A stretch of DNA of 64,000 bases from an uncultured Acidiferrobacteraceae bacterium (GTDB lineage Bacteria; Pseudomonadota; Gammaproteobacteria; Acidiferrobacterales; SZUA-150), in assembly GCA_913009895.1 (NCBI GenBank), contig CAJVXY010000001.1:58469-122468 (forward strand), written 5' to 3'. Each line of letters begins with the position of its first letter. Within the stretch, counting starts at the first letter, position 1. This document shows, in pieces, positions 1 to 9,003 of this stretch. Below the pieces are notes generated by a model. The model was not told the origin of the DNA. It made no database searches and worked only from the letters and a program-made list of their open reading frames with translations. The translations under genes and the position numbers were made by a program.

Positions 1-63
1 CGATAAAAGGGCTCGCCCGGAAGAACGTTTGATTTTAGCTCAACGTAGTTTTATCACCATAAA

Positions 64-1293
64 TTAACCTGCCGTACCGGCTGCTTTCTTGGGCTCGTCC
101 GAATTTTTAAAGGTCGCCGTACCGGTAATTTCTTCCGTTTCGTCTCTTTTCTCGATACTGAACGATATTTCTGATCCAGATTCTTTACCTGCACCTTTGC
201 CGCCAGGTTTTTTCTTGCCTTTGAGTTTAATCGAGAGTTTCAACTCGCCAATAGAGTCTGCATTTCTCAGGGCGTCTTCATAGTTTATTTGGCCGGCTTC
301 ATGAAGATCAAACAAGGCCTGGTCGAAAGTGCGCATGCCCATTTCTTTTGATTTGGCCATGGTCTCTTTTAGTTCATGGACTTCACCCTTGAGAATATGG
401 TCTGATATTTTCGGGGAGTTCAGCATGATTTCAATGGCAGCCGTCAGCCCACCGCCGATTTTAGGGACAAGTCTTTGGGATATTACGGATTTAAGATTGA
501 GCGATAAATCCATCAACAGTTGGCCCCGGCGTTCTTCCGGGAAAAAATTGATAATACGATCCAGCGCCTGGTTGGCGCTGTTGGCATGTAAAGTGGCCAT
601 GGCCAGGTGGCCCGTCTCGGCAAAGGCAATGGCGTATTCCATGGTTTCCCGGTCACGAATTTCACCAATCAAGATCACATCTGGCGCTTGCCTAAGGGTA
701 TTTTTCAGGGCCGCAAACCAGTTATTGGTATCCGTGCCTACTTCCCGTTGGGTGACGAGACAATTCTTGTTTTTATGTACATATTCGATTGGGTCCTCGA
801 TGGTAATAATATGACCGCGACTGTTTTCATTACGGTGGTCGATCATGGCTGCCAGGGAGGTGGATTTACCAGATCCTGTGCCGCCCACCAGGATTACCAG
901 CCCGCGTTTGGTCATGACCACATCTTTTAACACCGGTGGCAATTTCATTTTTTCGAAGGTAGGGATTTCCGAGGTAATGGTGCGCATCACCGTGCCAAAA
1001 TGTCCTTGCTGGACAAAGGCATTAACCCGAAACCGGCCAATACCATCGGGGTTAACCGCGAAATTGCATTCTTTTTCCTCGTAGAACTCTGCCTTTTGTT
1101 TTTCATTCATCAGGGACAGGGTCAGGGCACGGCATTGTGGTGGTGTCAGGCGTTGTTTTGTAACAGGGGTCATATCGCCATGAATTTTCATGGAAGGCGG
1201 GAAATCATTTGAGATGAACAGGTCTGATGCATCCTTGGTGAGCATCATTTTTAGCAGGTTCAGGATGTATTTTCTTGCCTGTTCTTCGTTCAT
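64..1293 (-). CDS. pilU: Type IV pilus retraction ATPase, PilU-type, with K/G/E-rich C-terminal tail
   Basis: 409-aa ORF. Walker A GGTGSGKSTS, Asp box IGEIRDRET and His box GHLAMATLHANSANQALDRIINFFP fit PilU rather than PilT. AGGAG-type RBS before ATG 1293. The last ~55 aa are low-complexity. Confidence 0.85.
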   Translation of the reverse strand: MNEEQARKYILNLLKMMLTKDASDLFISNDFPPSMKIHGDMTPVTKQRLTPPQCRALTLSLMNEKQKAEFYEEKECNFAVNPDGIGRFRVNAFVQQGHFGTVMRTITSEIPTFEKMKLPPVLKDVVMTKRGLVILVGGTGSGKSTSLAAMIDHRNENSRGHIITIEDPIEYVHKNKNCLVTQREVGTDTNNWFAALKNTLRQAPDVILIGEIRDRETMEYAIAFAETGHLAMATLHANSANQALDRIINFFPEERRGQLLMDLSLNLKSVISQRLVPKIGGGLTAAIEIMLNSPKISDHILKGEVHELKETMAKSKEMGMRTFDQALFDLHEAGQINYEDALRNADSIGELKLSIKLKGKKKPGGKGAGKESGSEISFSIEKRDETEEITGTATFKNSDEPKKAAGTAG

Positions 1294-1530
1294 ATTTATC
1301 GATCTCCTTTTTGGCTTATTCGGATTGGCCAGGGCAACTGAGTTATACCCATAAAATACTGCCGGTGATGGTCACCTGGGTACATTTTGGGCCCGTTTAT
1401 ATTTTTTAGAGCAATTAGAGAAATAGTTAAGCGAGATTTGTGCCAGAAATGGCGTGAAGACCCATATTTTTTAAAATATAGGCAAGTGCCTGTTTTAGTG
1501 GATTATTACGCAACCAGTGGCCTTCAGGTG

Positions 1531-1558
1531 TTAAAAAAGGACAGCCAAATGGCTGTCC
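1531..1558 (-). terminator. Rho-independent terminator of the His-rich protein gene
   Basis: Perfect 8-bp stem GGACAGCC-AAAT-GGCTGTCC (1539-1558), followed on the minus strand by a T6 run (1533-1538). It lies 30 nt downstream of the stop at 1588. Confidence 0.6.
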
Positions 1559-1587
1559 CCGGCTGGTTGTAGTGCCGCATTTTTTCC

Positions 1588-1896
1588 TTAATGTACCCTG
1601 ACAGAAAAGAAGGGAAGTGGTGGCAAGGGTGGAAAAGGTATGGCGACCGTCTGGCGGTAGGCGGCATGACCGTAATTTACGTGCCTATAAGGCTGGTAAT
1701 GTCGGCCATGATGTCGTTTGTAACCATGACCTCGATTCTGATGACCGTTGTCATGACGGCGTTCCTGGCGGTGCTCATTATGACCCCTGTTGTGATCTCG
1801 CCCTTCGTGACCGCCCCGACTGCCAGCATAAGCACTGGGGACTAGCAGAATTGCGGTTATGATTGCGATTGTTGCTGTACGAATGATTGTTTTCAT
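1588..1896 (-). CDS. Small secreted histidine/arginine-rich protein (function unknown)
   Basis: 102-aa ORF with RBS. Signal peptide MKTIIRTATIAIITAILLVPSAYA|G. The 78-residue mature part has 13 His in HxxRGH-like repeats (HEGRDHNRGHNEHRQERRHDNGHQNRGHGYKRHHGRH) and a Pro-rich C-terminus. Confidence 0.6.
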   Translation of the reverse strand: MKTIIRTATIAIITAILLVPSAYAGSRGGHEGRDHNRGHNEHRQERRHDNGHQNRGHGYKRHHGRHYQPYRHVNYGHAAYRQTVAIPFPPLPPLPFFSVRVH

Positions 1897-2051
1897 AATA
1901 GTGCTCCTGTGCCTGGTTAAGTTGTTTTCCGTATTGCTTGGTAAACATTTTAGACGGGGCTAGCTGAACCTAAGCTGAACAGGCGGAAAATCGTAACTAA
2001 TTGATTTTGTTTAATAAAAGAAGATCCTGAATACGGTTTTTTGTCATTTTA

Positions 2052-2065
2052 TTGACCAAGATCAA
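2052..2065 (+). promoter_or_regulatory. FNR/CRP-class operator candidate (TTGAC-N4-ATCAA)
   Basis: TTGACCAAGATCAA matches the FNR consensus TTGAT-N4-ATCAA with one mismatch. It is centred ~60 nt upstream of ATG 2119. Confidence 0.4.
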
Positions 2066-2118
2066 TGTTTCACCGTAATCGATATGTTACTAATTTATAG
2101 GACAATAAGGAGGTCAAT

Positions 2119-2313
2119 ATGGGTTTGTTAACAACATTAATAGTGTTAGCTCTGATTTCTACAGTGGTCGCGCTAGGCTGGGGCGTAATTTCCATGGCAC
2201 ATGGCGGTGAGTACGATCGAAAACACAGCGCTCAGCTGATGAGTGCCCGGGTCGGGCTGCAATTGCTGTCAGTGCTGTTATTGTTTATTGCGATGTTGAT
2301 TCAACTGAGCTGA
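2119..2313 (+). CDS. Twin-transmembrane-helix small protein (HIG1-like)
   Basis: 64-aa ORF with a strong RBS (AAGGAGG). Two hydrophobic helices are joined by a charged loop. MSARVGLQ resembles the HIG1/twin-TM motif. Confidence 0.6.
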   Translation: MGLLTTLIVLALISTVVALGWGVISMAHGGEYDRKHSAQLMSARVGLQLLSVLLLFIAMLIQLS

Positions 2314-2453
2314 ATCAACTAGTTTGGTCACAGCGGGTCAGTGAGACGCTGCGCTGCGTGGGCAGTGTGGCGGGTTTTTTGTGGCCGTTTTTACCGGAAA
2401 TGAATAGCTGAAATAGATAAACTCAGAAAAAATAATCTAATTTGTAAAGGGGT

Positions 2454-3218
2454 TCAGTCCAGGTGTTTTGCCTGCCATGCCAGGTAAAGCTGGTGCACGT
2501 GTTCGGTAAACACTTTTTTGTCACTAAATCCAGCAGGAAATATTGCATCGTATACATAATAGTTAGCCCGGTTATTTTTACTGGTCATAAAGTGCCACAT
2601 TTTCTGGATCAGGGTTTGCCCTTGTTTCCACTCAAATATTTCCTGGGCTTCATAGTGTAAAAAAACAGGCAAAATTGGTATGCCAGTCTGTAACGATAAA
2701 TCAAAGGCGCCATATTGAAATGTGGCATTTATACGACGACCAAAACACCCACCTTCCGGGAACAGGGCGACGTTTTTATTTTTTTTCAGTATTGATTTTA
2801 ATTCATCAGCGGCGGCATGACGTGACTCAGAATCATCCCTTTTTACAAACACCGTGCCAGCTGCAATATTAATACGTCCCACCAGAAACCATTCCATTAC
2901 ACCTTTTTTTGCCAGCGGGTAAATATCAAAGGTCGCTGGTATCCCTACATCTTCCAGGGCAGAAGGATGATTGGCGACTAAAATAAACTGGTCAGGAACT
3001 GGCCTGGTATTATTCTGGAATACACGCAGTTTGACACCGAGGGCGCGGACAAAAAAACTGCACCAGATTCGGAAAAGTTTGTGATAATAAAAATTGGTAA
3101 AAGGACGCGGGAGCCACGCCATGACGTAGAGTAGCAGCGTGAAAATCGATAGCTCAAGCCAGCAAAGTATTAGCCAGAACGAACGCGAAAGAAAATTTAT
3201 CATTCCTGAAAATATCAA
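2454..3218 (-). CDS. Lysophospholipid (1-acyl-sn-glycerol-3-phosphate-type) acyltransferase family protein
   Basis: 254-aa ORF with an N-terminal TM segment. Acyltransferase blocks NHPSALED (HX4D-type) and FPEGG. Start is either TTG 3218 or ATG 3203. Confidence 0.7.
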   Translation of the reverse strand: MIFSGMINFLSRSFWLILCWLELSIFTLLLYVMAWLPRPFTNFYYHKLFRIWCSFFVRALGVKLRVFQNNTRPVPDQFILVANHPSALEDVGIPATFDIYPLAKKGVMEWFLVGRINIAAGTVFVKRDDSESRHAAADELKSILKKNKNVALFPEGGCFGRRINATFQYGAFDLSLQTGIPILPVFLHYEAQEIFEWKQGQTLIQKMWHFMTSKNNRANYYVYDAIFPAGFSDKKVFTEHVHQLYLAWQAKHLD

Positions 3219-3279
3219 TAATTAACATAGCGGGTACTCTAGCATGTTAAATATTAATATGTATCAGGAAGCAGCCCGC

Positions 3280-3525
3280 TTATGTAGAAATGTGCCGGTA
3301 ATTTTGCGTGAGGGTTTCGACTACATCCAGTCTGTTTGAATAATACAACGCCAGTGTTTTACCATTATCTTTATTTGAAACCAGGTACTGGTAGGTCATT
3401 CCCGGGTTACCTTTGGTCTCAAAAAGTGAGTCAACATTTTTCAGGTCAGGGGCCAGGTGGGTATTGCAGATAATGTTGTAGTGACGAGATCCTGAATCCA
3501 GGGCATTGACGGTAACGATTAACAT
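3280..3525 (-). CDS. Hypothetical small protein
   Basis: 81-aa ORF with a GGAGA RBS 7 nt upstream of ATG 3525. No recognisable motif. Confidence 0.4.
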   Translation of the reverse strand: MLIVTVNALDSGSRHYNIICNTHLAPDLKNVDSLFETKGNPGMTYQYLVSNKDNGKTLALYYSNRLDVVETLTQNYRHIST

Positions 3526-4055
3526 TTCAATTATCTCCGTATAATTATACTAACTTTCTTACCATTCTATTTTAGTTCAAAAAATGAACCACAGGTCGGC
3601 TATTGGGGCATCCCATCTCCCAAAAGCGGCCGATTGTCTCACGATAAATGGGGGCTGGTTGTTGCTAATACGATTGATAAATAGCCTGGTTCGACCAGGT
3701 TCGAAGCCATGGGTATGGCTGATTTTTATATTAAATTTATATGATGCCGATATTCTATTTAAGTAACTGAATAGAAAAGGGTATTTACAAGCAACTGTTT
3801 TTCTGAGCACCGATTCCGCTGGTCAAAATGGGGAATTGAGACTAGTATTTATCATACATTGAAGCATGCCTTTCAGTTAATGCCTGGTGATCGAGATGTT
3901 GTGCAATCATCACAGGGAAAGGGGTGCTGGCAATAAGGATATTATGTCCTGGATGGTTGCATGTTTTAAAATCGGGCAGAGGTGACAAGCTATATTGGTA
4001 TTTAACCATTGAAAATGGTTGCCAGGATCGTCACCTCGTGTCATTTGGAGAATTT

Positions 4056-4784
4056 ATGCAACTTATGCAACATATGCGAAAAAAAGATAGTTTTGTCGGC
4101 TCGTCAGTAGATTGGCGTAAAGGTTTTGAAAATGCTTATCCTGAGCTGGCAAAAATCACAGACCGTGACTGGCTTGATATCATCGAATCAGCAGATTATA
4201 TGCAGGTACCGGCTGACACCGTGCTGCTTGAACAGGGTGAAGTTTGTAGTGGTTATGTAATGCTATTATCGGGCGGTGTTCGTGTTTTTCAGTATGCGCC
4301 CGATGGTAGAGAAATTACCCTGTATCGATTGTCGCCTGGTGACACCTGTGTCATGAGTCTGAATAGCATACTCCACAGTAAACAATTTTTTGCCATTGCC
4401 AAAACTGAAGCGGAAGTTAGTGCGCTTGTTTTAACGCCCGAACAATTCACCAGGGCTTTAAGTGCCTCGGAAAAATTTCGTCTGCACATCATGACTGGTA
4501 TGTCAGATCGTTATTGCGATATGTTAACCGTGGTTGAAGATACGGCCTTTAAAAGGCTGGATATTCGTTTGGCCTGTTGCCTTGGCCGTCTCTTTGAGAA
4601 GGCACAATCCGACTCCCTCAATATTACCCACCAGGAACTCGCGAGAGAGCTGGGCACCACCCGTGAGGTGGTTAGCCGGGCACTGAAGGAGATGGAACGG
4701 CAACAATGCGTTCGCTTGTCCAGAGGCAGTATTCATATCGCCTCGTCAGAAGGCCTGCGGTGGTATCAACAGGATAAAAAATAA
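4056..4784 (+). CDS. Crp/Fnr-family transcriptional regulator
   Basis: The ORF track starts at 3924, but ATG 4056 has a GGAG RBS 7 nt upstream and gives a normal-sized 242-aa protein. cNMP-binding-type barrel plus HTH ITHQELARELGTTREVVSRALKEMERQ (E--SR recognition motif as in FNR-class members). No N-terminal Cys cluster. Confidence 0.8.
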   Translation: MQLMQHMRKKDSFVGSSVDWRKGFENAYPELAKITDRDWLDIIESADYMQVPADTVLLEQGEVCSGYVMLLSGGVRVFQYAPDGREITLYRLSPGDTCVMSLNSILHSKQFFAIAKTEAEVSALVLTPEQFTRALSASEKFRLHIMTGMSDRYCDMLTVVEDTAFKRLDIRLACCLGRLFEKAQSDSLNITHQELARELGTTREVVSRALKEMERQQCVRLSRGSIHIASSEGLRWYQQDKK

Positions 4785-4906
4785 CTAAGGGTCGACCTTC
4801 TGCTTCATCCCAATGTTACCGGTCACCTGGACTCGCCTCGCAACTGTTAATACATGACAGGATGGGGCGTGTGATAACATAGTCTCCAAAACATTGGAAA
4901 ATAAAT

Positions 4907-5491
4907 ATGCTTGAGAGGAATCCATTAAAAATATTCGAAAACTGGTTTAACCAGGCAAAAGAATCGGATATCAACAAACCTAATGCCATGACTTTGGCAA
5001 CCATGGATAATCATGGCGAGGCCCACGCCAGGGTTGTTTTGTTGAGTAGTTTTGATAACAATGGTTTTGTCTTTCATACTAATTATAAGAGTGATAAAGG
5101 CGTCCAGTTGGCAGCTAATCCTTCAGCTTGTTTATTGTTTTGGTGGGACTGTCTTGGTTACCAGGTTCGTATTAATGGACAAATCAGTAAAACAACAACT
5201 GAAGAATCAGATGCCTATTTTAGTGGTCGCCCCCGTGGCAGCCAGATTGGCGCCTGGGCATCAGCGCAAAGCCAGGTTATAAAATCACGCCAGCTGCTTT
5301 ATGATCGTGAAGCAGAGTTTGAAATAAAATATTTCGGGAAAGCGGTGCCAAGACCTGCACATTGGGGGGGTTATCGATTGTCACCAACCAGTATAGAGTT
5401 TTGGGTAAACCAGGAAAATCGTTTACATGAAAGATCATTATATACTCGCCAGAAAAGCGGTTCGTGGGAGCAAAAGATTTTGGCCCCCTGA
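4907..5491 (+). CDS. pdxH: Pyridoxamine 5'-phosphate oxidase
   Basis: 194 aa. LATMDNHGEAHARVVLL, FHTNYKSDKG and IEFWVNQENRLHER...LAP are characteristic PdxH blocks. Confidence 0.9.
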   Translation: MLERNPLKIFENWFNQAKESDINKPNAMTLATMDNHGEAHARVVLLSSFDNNGFVFHTNYKSDKGVQLAANPSACLLFWWDCLGYQVRINGQISKTTTEESDAYFSGRPRGSQIGAWASAQSQVIKSRQLLYDREAEFEIKYFGKAVPRPAHWGGYRLSPTSIEFWVNQENRLHERSLYTRQKSGSWEQKILAP

Positions 5492-5571
5492 CCAAATTAT
5501 TTTTGGGAATAAATTTTTCTGGAGTAAATATTCTGGTTTTTTAATTATTATTTTTGGCCCAGGCCTGACAC

Positions 5572-6633
5572 CTAGGCATTGCCGGGTTGCGTATGGTGTT
5601 GGGAAAAAATCTGCTGATGTAATAATTTAAGTCTCTGTGATGGCAAGGGCCTGTCATTTTCAACCAGCCTGTTTTTATAATTCTGAAATACATGTTCTGC
5701 TTCTGGTAAATTACCAAGGGTACTCAGGCAGCGCATGGTTTTTGCATACAGATTTTCATTGAGATTATCGATATCCATAGCTGCCCGGTACAGACTCAAA
5801 GCCGCATCTGTATCTAAATTCCTTTCCAGGGTTGTTCCCAGTTTAAATACTGTATCCATGATGACTGTTTTTGAATCGTGGGCGAGGTTTCTTCTCCAGT
5901 AGAAATCATCTGTACCAACCAGGAAATTATTAATATAAGTTGATATGGCGTTCTCAATGTCGTGCTTGAGGTCATAAATATCATCTTTAGTATCCATATT
6001 ATGGTTTTGTAAATCTTTCAGTATGGTTTTGAAGGCCAGCGTATCTACCCAGCATCGACGCCTGTTGAGTAATATTTTATCGCCCCGAAATAATAAACTG
6101 TCCACACCAATTATTTTTCTAAGCTGGGTTACAGCAACATAAAAGCGATGATTTTTTTTATCTGAGCTTCTACCAGGCCACAGGTTTTCTTTCAGTTTCT
6201 CGATTGAAAGTTTACCGTCGCCATTTGCTATTAGTGAAACCAAAAGCCTGAAGTGGGAAAGATTAATTTTTTTTGTGAAATTAGTGCGTTTTCCATCAAT
6301 ATCCAGCAATAGGTGATTGAGTATCTCAATGCGAACAGGCCAATCAGGTATGTCCGGTTTAGTCTCCAGTTCAATTGAAATAAAATGATAATCAGCAAGT
6401 TTCTTGCTGTATTCTGGTTCGATATTATATTTCAGTGCCCTTGACAGCAGGAAAGCAAGATCTTCGCGGCTGATTTCATATAGATCAGACAGCTCAGACG
6501 AAGCAGCAGCAGATAACCCGGCTTGTAATAAATCTTTGCCCTGTTGATTACTATCAATCTGTAGCAGGTAAATTGCTCTTGTCAGTGTTGCGACAATCGA
6601 GATTTTGTCATGTATTATTTTGTCAGACATCAC
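5572..6633 (-). CDS. Transcriptional regulator with winged-helix and BTAD (SARP-like) domains
   Basis: 353 aa. OmpR/SARP-like wing region (KNHRFYVAVTQLRKIIG) followed by a BTAD-like helical region (AALSLYRAAMDIDNLNENLYAKTMRCLSTLGNLPEAEHVFQNYKNRL). Confidence 0.55.
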   Translation of the reverse strand: MMSDKIIHDKISIVATLTRAIYLLQIDSNQQGKDLLQAGLSAAASSELSDLYEISREDLAFLLSRALKYNIEPEYSKKLADYHFISIELETKPDIPDWPVRIEILNHLLLDIDGKRTNFTKKINLSHFRLLVSLIANGDGKLSIEKLKENLWPGRSSDKKNHRFYVAVTQLRKIIGVDSLLFRGDKILLNRRRCWVDTLAFKTILKDLQNHNMDTKDDIYDLKHDIENAISTYINNFLVGTDDFYWRRNLAHDSKTVIMDTVFKLGTTLERNLDTDAALSLYRAAMDIDNLNENLYAKTMRCLSTLGNLPEAEHVFQNYKNRLVENDRPLPSQRLKLLHQQIFSQHHTQPGNA

Positions 6634-6851
6634 ACGTTCCTTGTAATTAATAGCAATGGTTTAGCAGAGCTTAGAATTATGTGGCAAAAATTACCGTGAA
6701 CCAGTTCACAAAAAAGCCCAGTCAGCCCGGAAACCCGGAGATTTAGGCTAAATCAGGCAGCTAGCCGGATTTTTACTATTGTTGATAGACAGGTATAATG
6801 ATTTCTTTCTTACCAGATCAGGGGCCATGTAGGGCCGTCGGGAGTTATATT

Positions 6852-7313
6852 TTGAACAAGGCAAGCAGGTATTTGGCAATCAGTTTTGTATTACCAGGCA
6901 TTTTATTGGCCGCTCTTATGACCACCAGTACACCATCTTTCGCAGGTGAGGAAGTTACGGTCTACAAAAGCCCCACATGCGGTTGTTGCACAAAATGGAT
7001 TGAGCACATGAGAAAAAACGGGTTTAAGGTCAAGGCCTATGACGTCAAAGACGTAATGCCTATCAAGAGAAAGTCAGGCGTAAGGCCGGAACAGGCTTCT
7101 TGCCACACAGCGCTCGTTGGCGGTTATGTCGTTGAAGGTCATGTTCCCGCGAAAGATGTAAAACGTATGCTAAAGGAAAAACCGAAAATCAAGGGTTTGA
7201 CCGTGCCTGGTATGGTTGTGGGTAGTCCCGGTATGGAAGGACCAAGCAAGCATCCCTACAAAGTTTTGACTATTACCGAGTCAGGTCCTGGCAAAGTATA
7301 TGCAGAGTATTAA
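6852..7313 (+). CDS. DUF411 (CopG-like) periplasmic metal-binding protein
   Basis: YKSPTCGCCTKWIEHM, ASCHTALVGGYVVEGHVPA and GLTVPGMVVGSPGME are DUF411 hallmarks. TTG 6852 with a GGAG RBS gives a clean signal peptide (the ORF track starts at 6798). Confidence 0.7.
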   Translation: MNKASRYLAISFVLPGILLAALMTTSTPSFAGEEVTVYKSPTCGCCTKWIEHMRKNGFKVKAYDVKDVMPIKRKSGVRPEQASCHTALVGGYVVEGHVPAKDVKRMLKEKPKIKGLTVPGMVVGSPGMEGPSKHPYKVLTITESGPGKVYAEY

Positions 7314-7325
7314 GTTTATATAATT

Positions 7326-8819
7326 TCACTGAATATCAAATTGCTCAGACCAGTTTCCTTTGGGCAAAAACTCGGCTATCTCCTGGACTTTGCTGGCTTC
7401 ATCCAGTTTGCCCATAGACTTAAGAATCTCACTTTTTAGTAACAGCGAGTTCTTGCTATTGGGCGCCAGGGCTACCGCAGTATTGATTGCTTTCAGGGAA
7501 GATTCATTCCTGGCATTAATATAATAAACCATGGCCAGGTTGTGGTATGCCTTCTGGTAGCTCGGGTCATGTTTAATTGCGGCAAGAAAATGCCTGGTCG
7601 CCATCTTGAAAGCTTTTCGTTGCGCGAACAAAACACCAAGGTCATCATGGGCTTCGGAATTTGACGGATCCAGTTCAACTGCTTTTTTCAAATCAATCTC
7701 GGCAGCCTTGAGTTCTCCAGCCCAAATCCTTCTTACACCTCTTTTTGTATATGCAAGCGAAGATTCAGGATTACGTTTTATGTAAACAGTTAAATCGGCA
7801 ATAGCCTTGTTTATCTCTCCTGCACGACCATGGGCCATGCCCCGGCCAAAATACGCTTCGTCCAGTTCCGGATCAAACCTGATTGCATTTGTATAATCGT
7901 CAATAGATTTTTCTGTTTCTCGAATCAATAAGTAGGCATCACCTCTCTTTAGATATAGCCCGGGGTTTCTTGGTGATAAATATAGCGCCCGGGTGTATTT
8001 GGTTATTTGTTTTTCTATTTCTTCATAGTCATAGATTTTGTTCAGGTTTGACAGGGTATTTTTTTTGTTTGGGATTATTTCATTGAGCGGGTGGAGATAG
8101 TTGCTTGCCGAAACAGGTAAGCCATCAAAACATGCCCTGTAAGTTTCCCGCACGAAGGTGTCTTTTAGTTCGCCAGCGTGATTGGGGATTTCATAATCTT
8201 CCAGTGAAATATCGACTGTTTCGCCAAAAAAATTTCCCTTGCATTGCTCATATATCCTTCTTCCAGAAGCATCAAATTGCCTGTACGAGCTCAGGCCATC
8301 AATATTTTTATGAAAATTTATTAAGGTCTGGATAGGGGCATTCCGGTAACCAGGAAGATAGGCGGCCAGGTAATCACGCACCAACCTGCCCGATTCATCA
8401 TATATATAAACTTCAACAGAATTAATGTGGCCGGGATTGGTATTAACGGTGGTAGTGCGCTGTTGGCGTACGCGCGTTAGGATTTTTCCGTTTTTTCTCT
8501 TGAAATGACTTGTCTCTGTGTAACTTAAACCCTGCGCGAAAGAACCACCATAATCACCACTTGCATCAGAACTATATGTTTCGTATTTCTCATGTAAATG
8601 ATCGCGCACGGTTAAGAGGTCATCGGCAAATTTATTCCATGTTTTGACTTGTGTTGTGTTTTCTCTGACGCCGGGTTTATTCTTTTCGGCTATTAACGCA
8701 GGGCTAACCAGGGCCAGGCCCAGAAAAAAGACCAATGACAGGCGAATGACTGCAAGTTTATACATTCTGGTTATCATTTTAGAATGCCCTGAAGATGAGT
8801 TTCTATTAGTATAGGACAT
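7326..8819 (-). CDS. Secreted TPR-repeat protein
   Basis: 497-aa ORF. Hydrophobic signal-like segment (LSLVFFLGLALVSPALIA). The C-terminal ~200 aa carry several TPR units (AYFGRGMAHGRAGEINKAIADL, AYHNLAMVYYINARNESSLKAIN). The true start may be an internal Met (about 8777). Confidence 0.7.
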   Translation of the reverse strand: MSYTNRNSSSGHSKMITRMYKLAVIRLSLVFFLGLALVSPALIAEKNKPGVRENTTQVKTWNKFADDLLTVRDHLHEKYETYSSDASGDYGGSFAQGLSYTETSHFKRKNGKILTRVRQQRTTTVNTNPGHINSVEVYIYDESGRLVRDYLAAYLPGYRNAPIQTLINFHKNIDGLSSYRQFDASGRRIYEQCKGNFFGETVDISLEDYEIPNHAGELKDTFVRETYRACFDGLPVSASNYLHPLNEIIPNKKNTLSNLNKIYDYEEIEKQITKYTRALYLSPRNPGLYLKRGDAYLLIRETEKSIDDYTNAIRFDPELDEAYFGRGMAHGRAGEINKAIADLTVYIKRNPESSLAYTKRGVRRIWAGELKAAEIDLKKAVELDPSNSEAHDDLGVLFAQRKAFKMATRHFLAAIKHDPSYQKAYHNLAMVYYINARNESSLKAINTAVALAPNSKNSLLLKSEILKSMGKLDEASKVQEIAEFLPKGNWSEQFDIQ

Positions 8820-9003
8820 TTATGACGGCGGATTTATTCCCGGCAAAATAATGTATTTTTGACCAGATAGAGCAGCGGCGGGTATGGTAGTGATAGTCAG
8901 CCTATCATGTTGATTTTTTAATATTATAATTCAGTCAGGGTAAATTTAAGTCCTGGCAATTATCAAAATATCAGCAAAACGAAATTATTTAGAGACAATT
9001 ATA

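Noticed and set aside
89-1212. Several plus-strand ORFs (64-161 aa) listed inside the pilU region.
   Set aside because: All lie antisense within a well-supported 409-aa PilU gene and show no motifs or RBS. They are typical shadow ORFs. The same reasoning was applied to the many antisense or overlapping short ORFs across the window (for example inside cobT, cobQ, btuB, asmA, the kinases and the M16 gene at 63332-63839).
1387-1572. 61-aa plus-strand ORF between pilU and the His-rich gene.
   Set aside because: It has a TTG start and no RBS. Its 3' end runs through the terminator hairpin of the opposite-strand gene, so it is more likely promoter/terminator DNA.
3685-3699. GGTTCGA-containing hairpin (CCTGGTTCGACCAGG, then GGTTCGAAGCC) resembling a tRNA T-arm.
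   Set aside because: The loop is only 5 nt. No acceptor, D or anticodon arms can be drawn from the flanking sequence, and there is no CCA context, so it is not a tRNA or tmRNA.
3899-3913. TGTGCAATCATCACA upstream of the Crp/Fnr gene, resembling a CRP site (TGTGA-N6-TCACA).
   Set aside because: The spacing is one nucleotide short (15 instead of 16 nt) and the left half has a mismatch. That is too weak to call.
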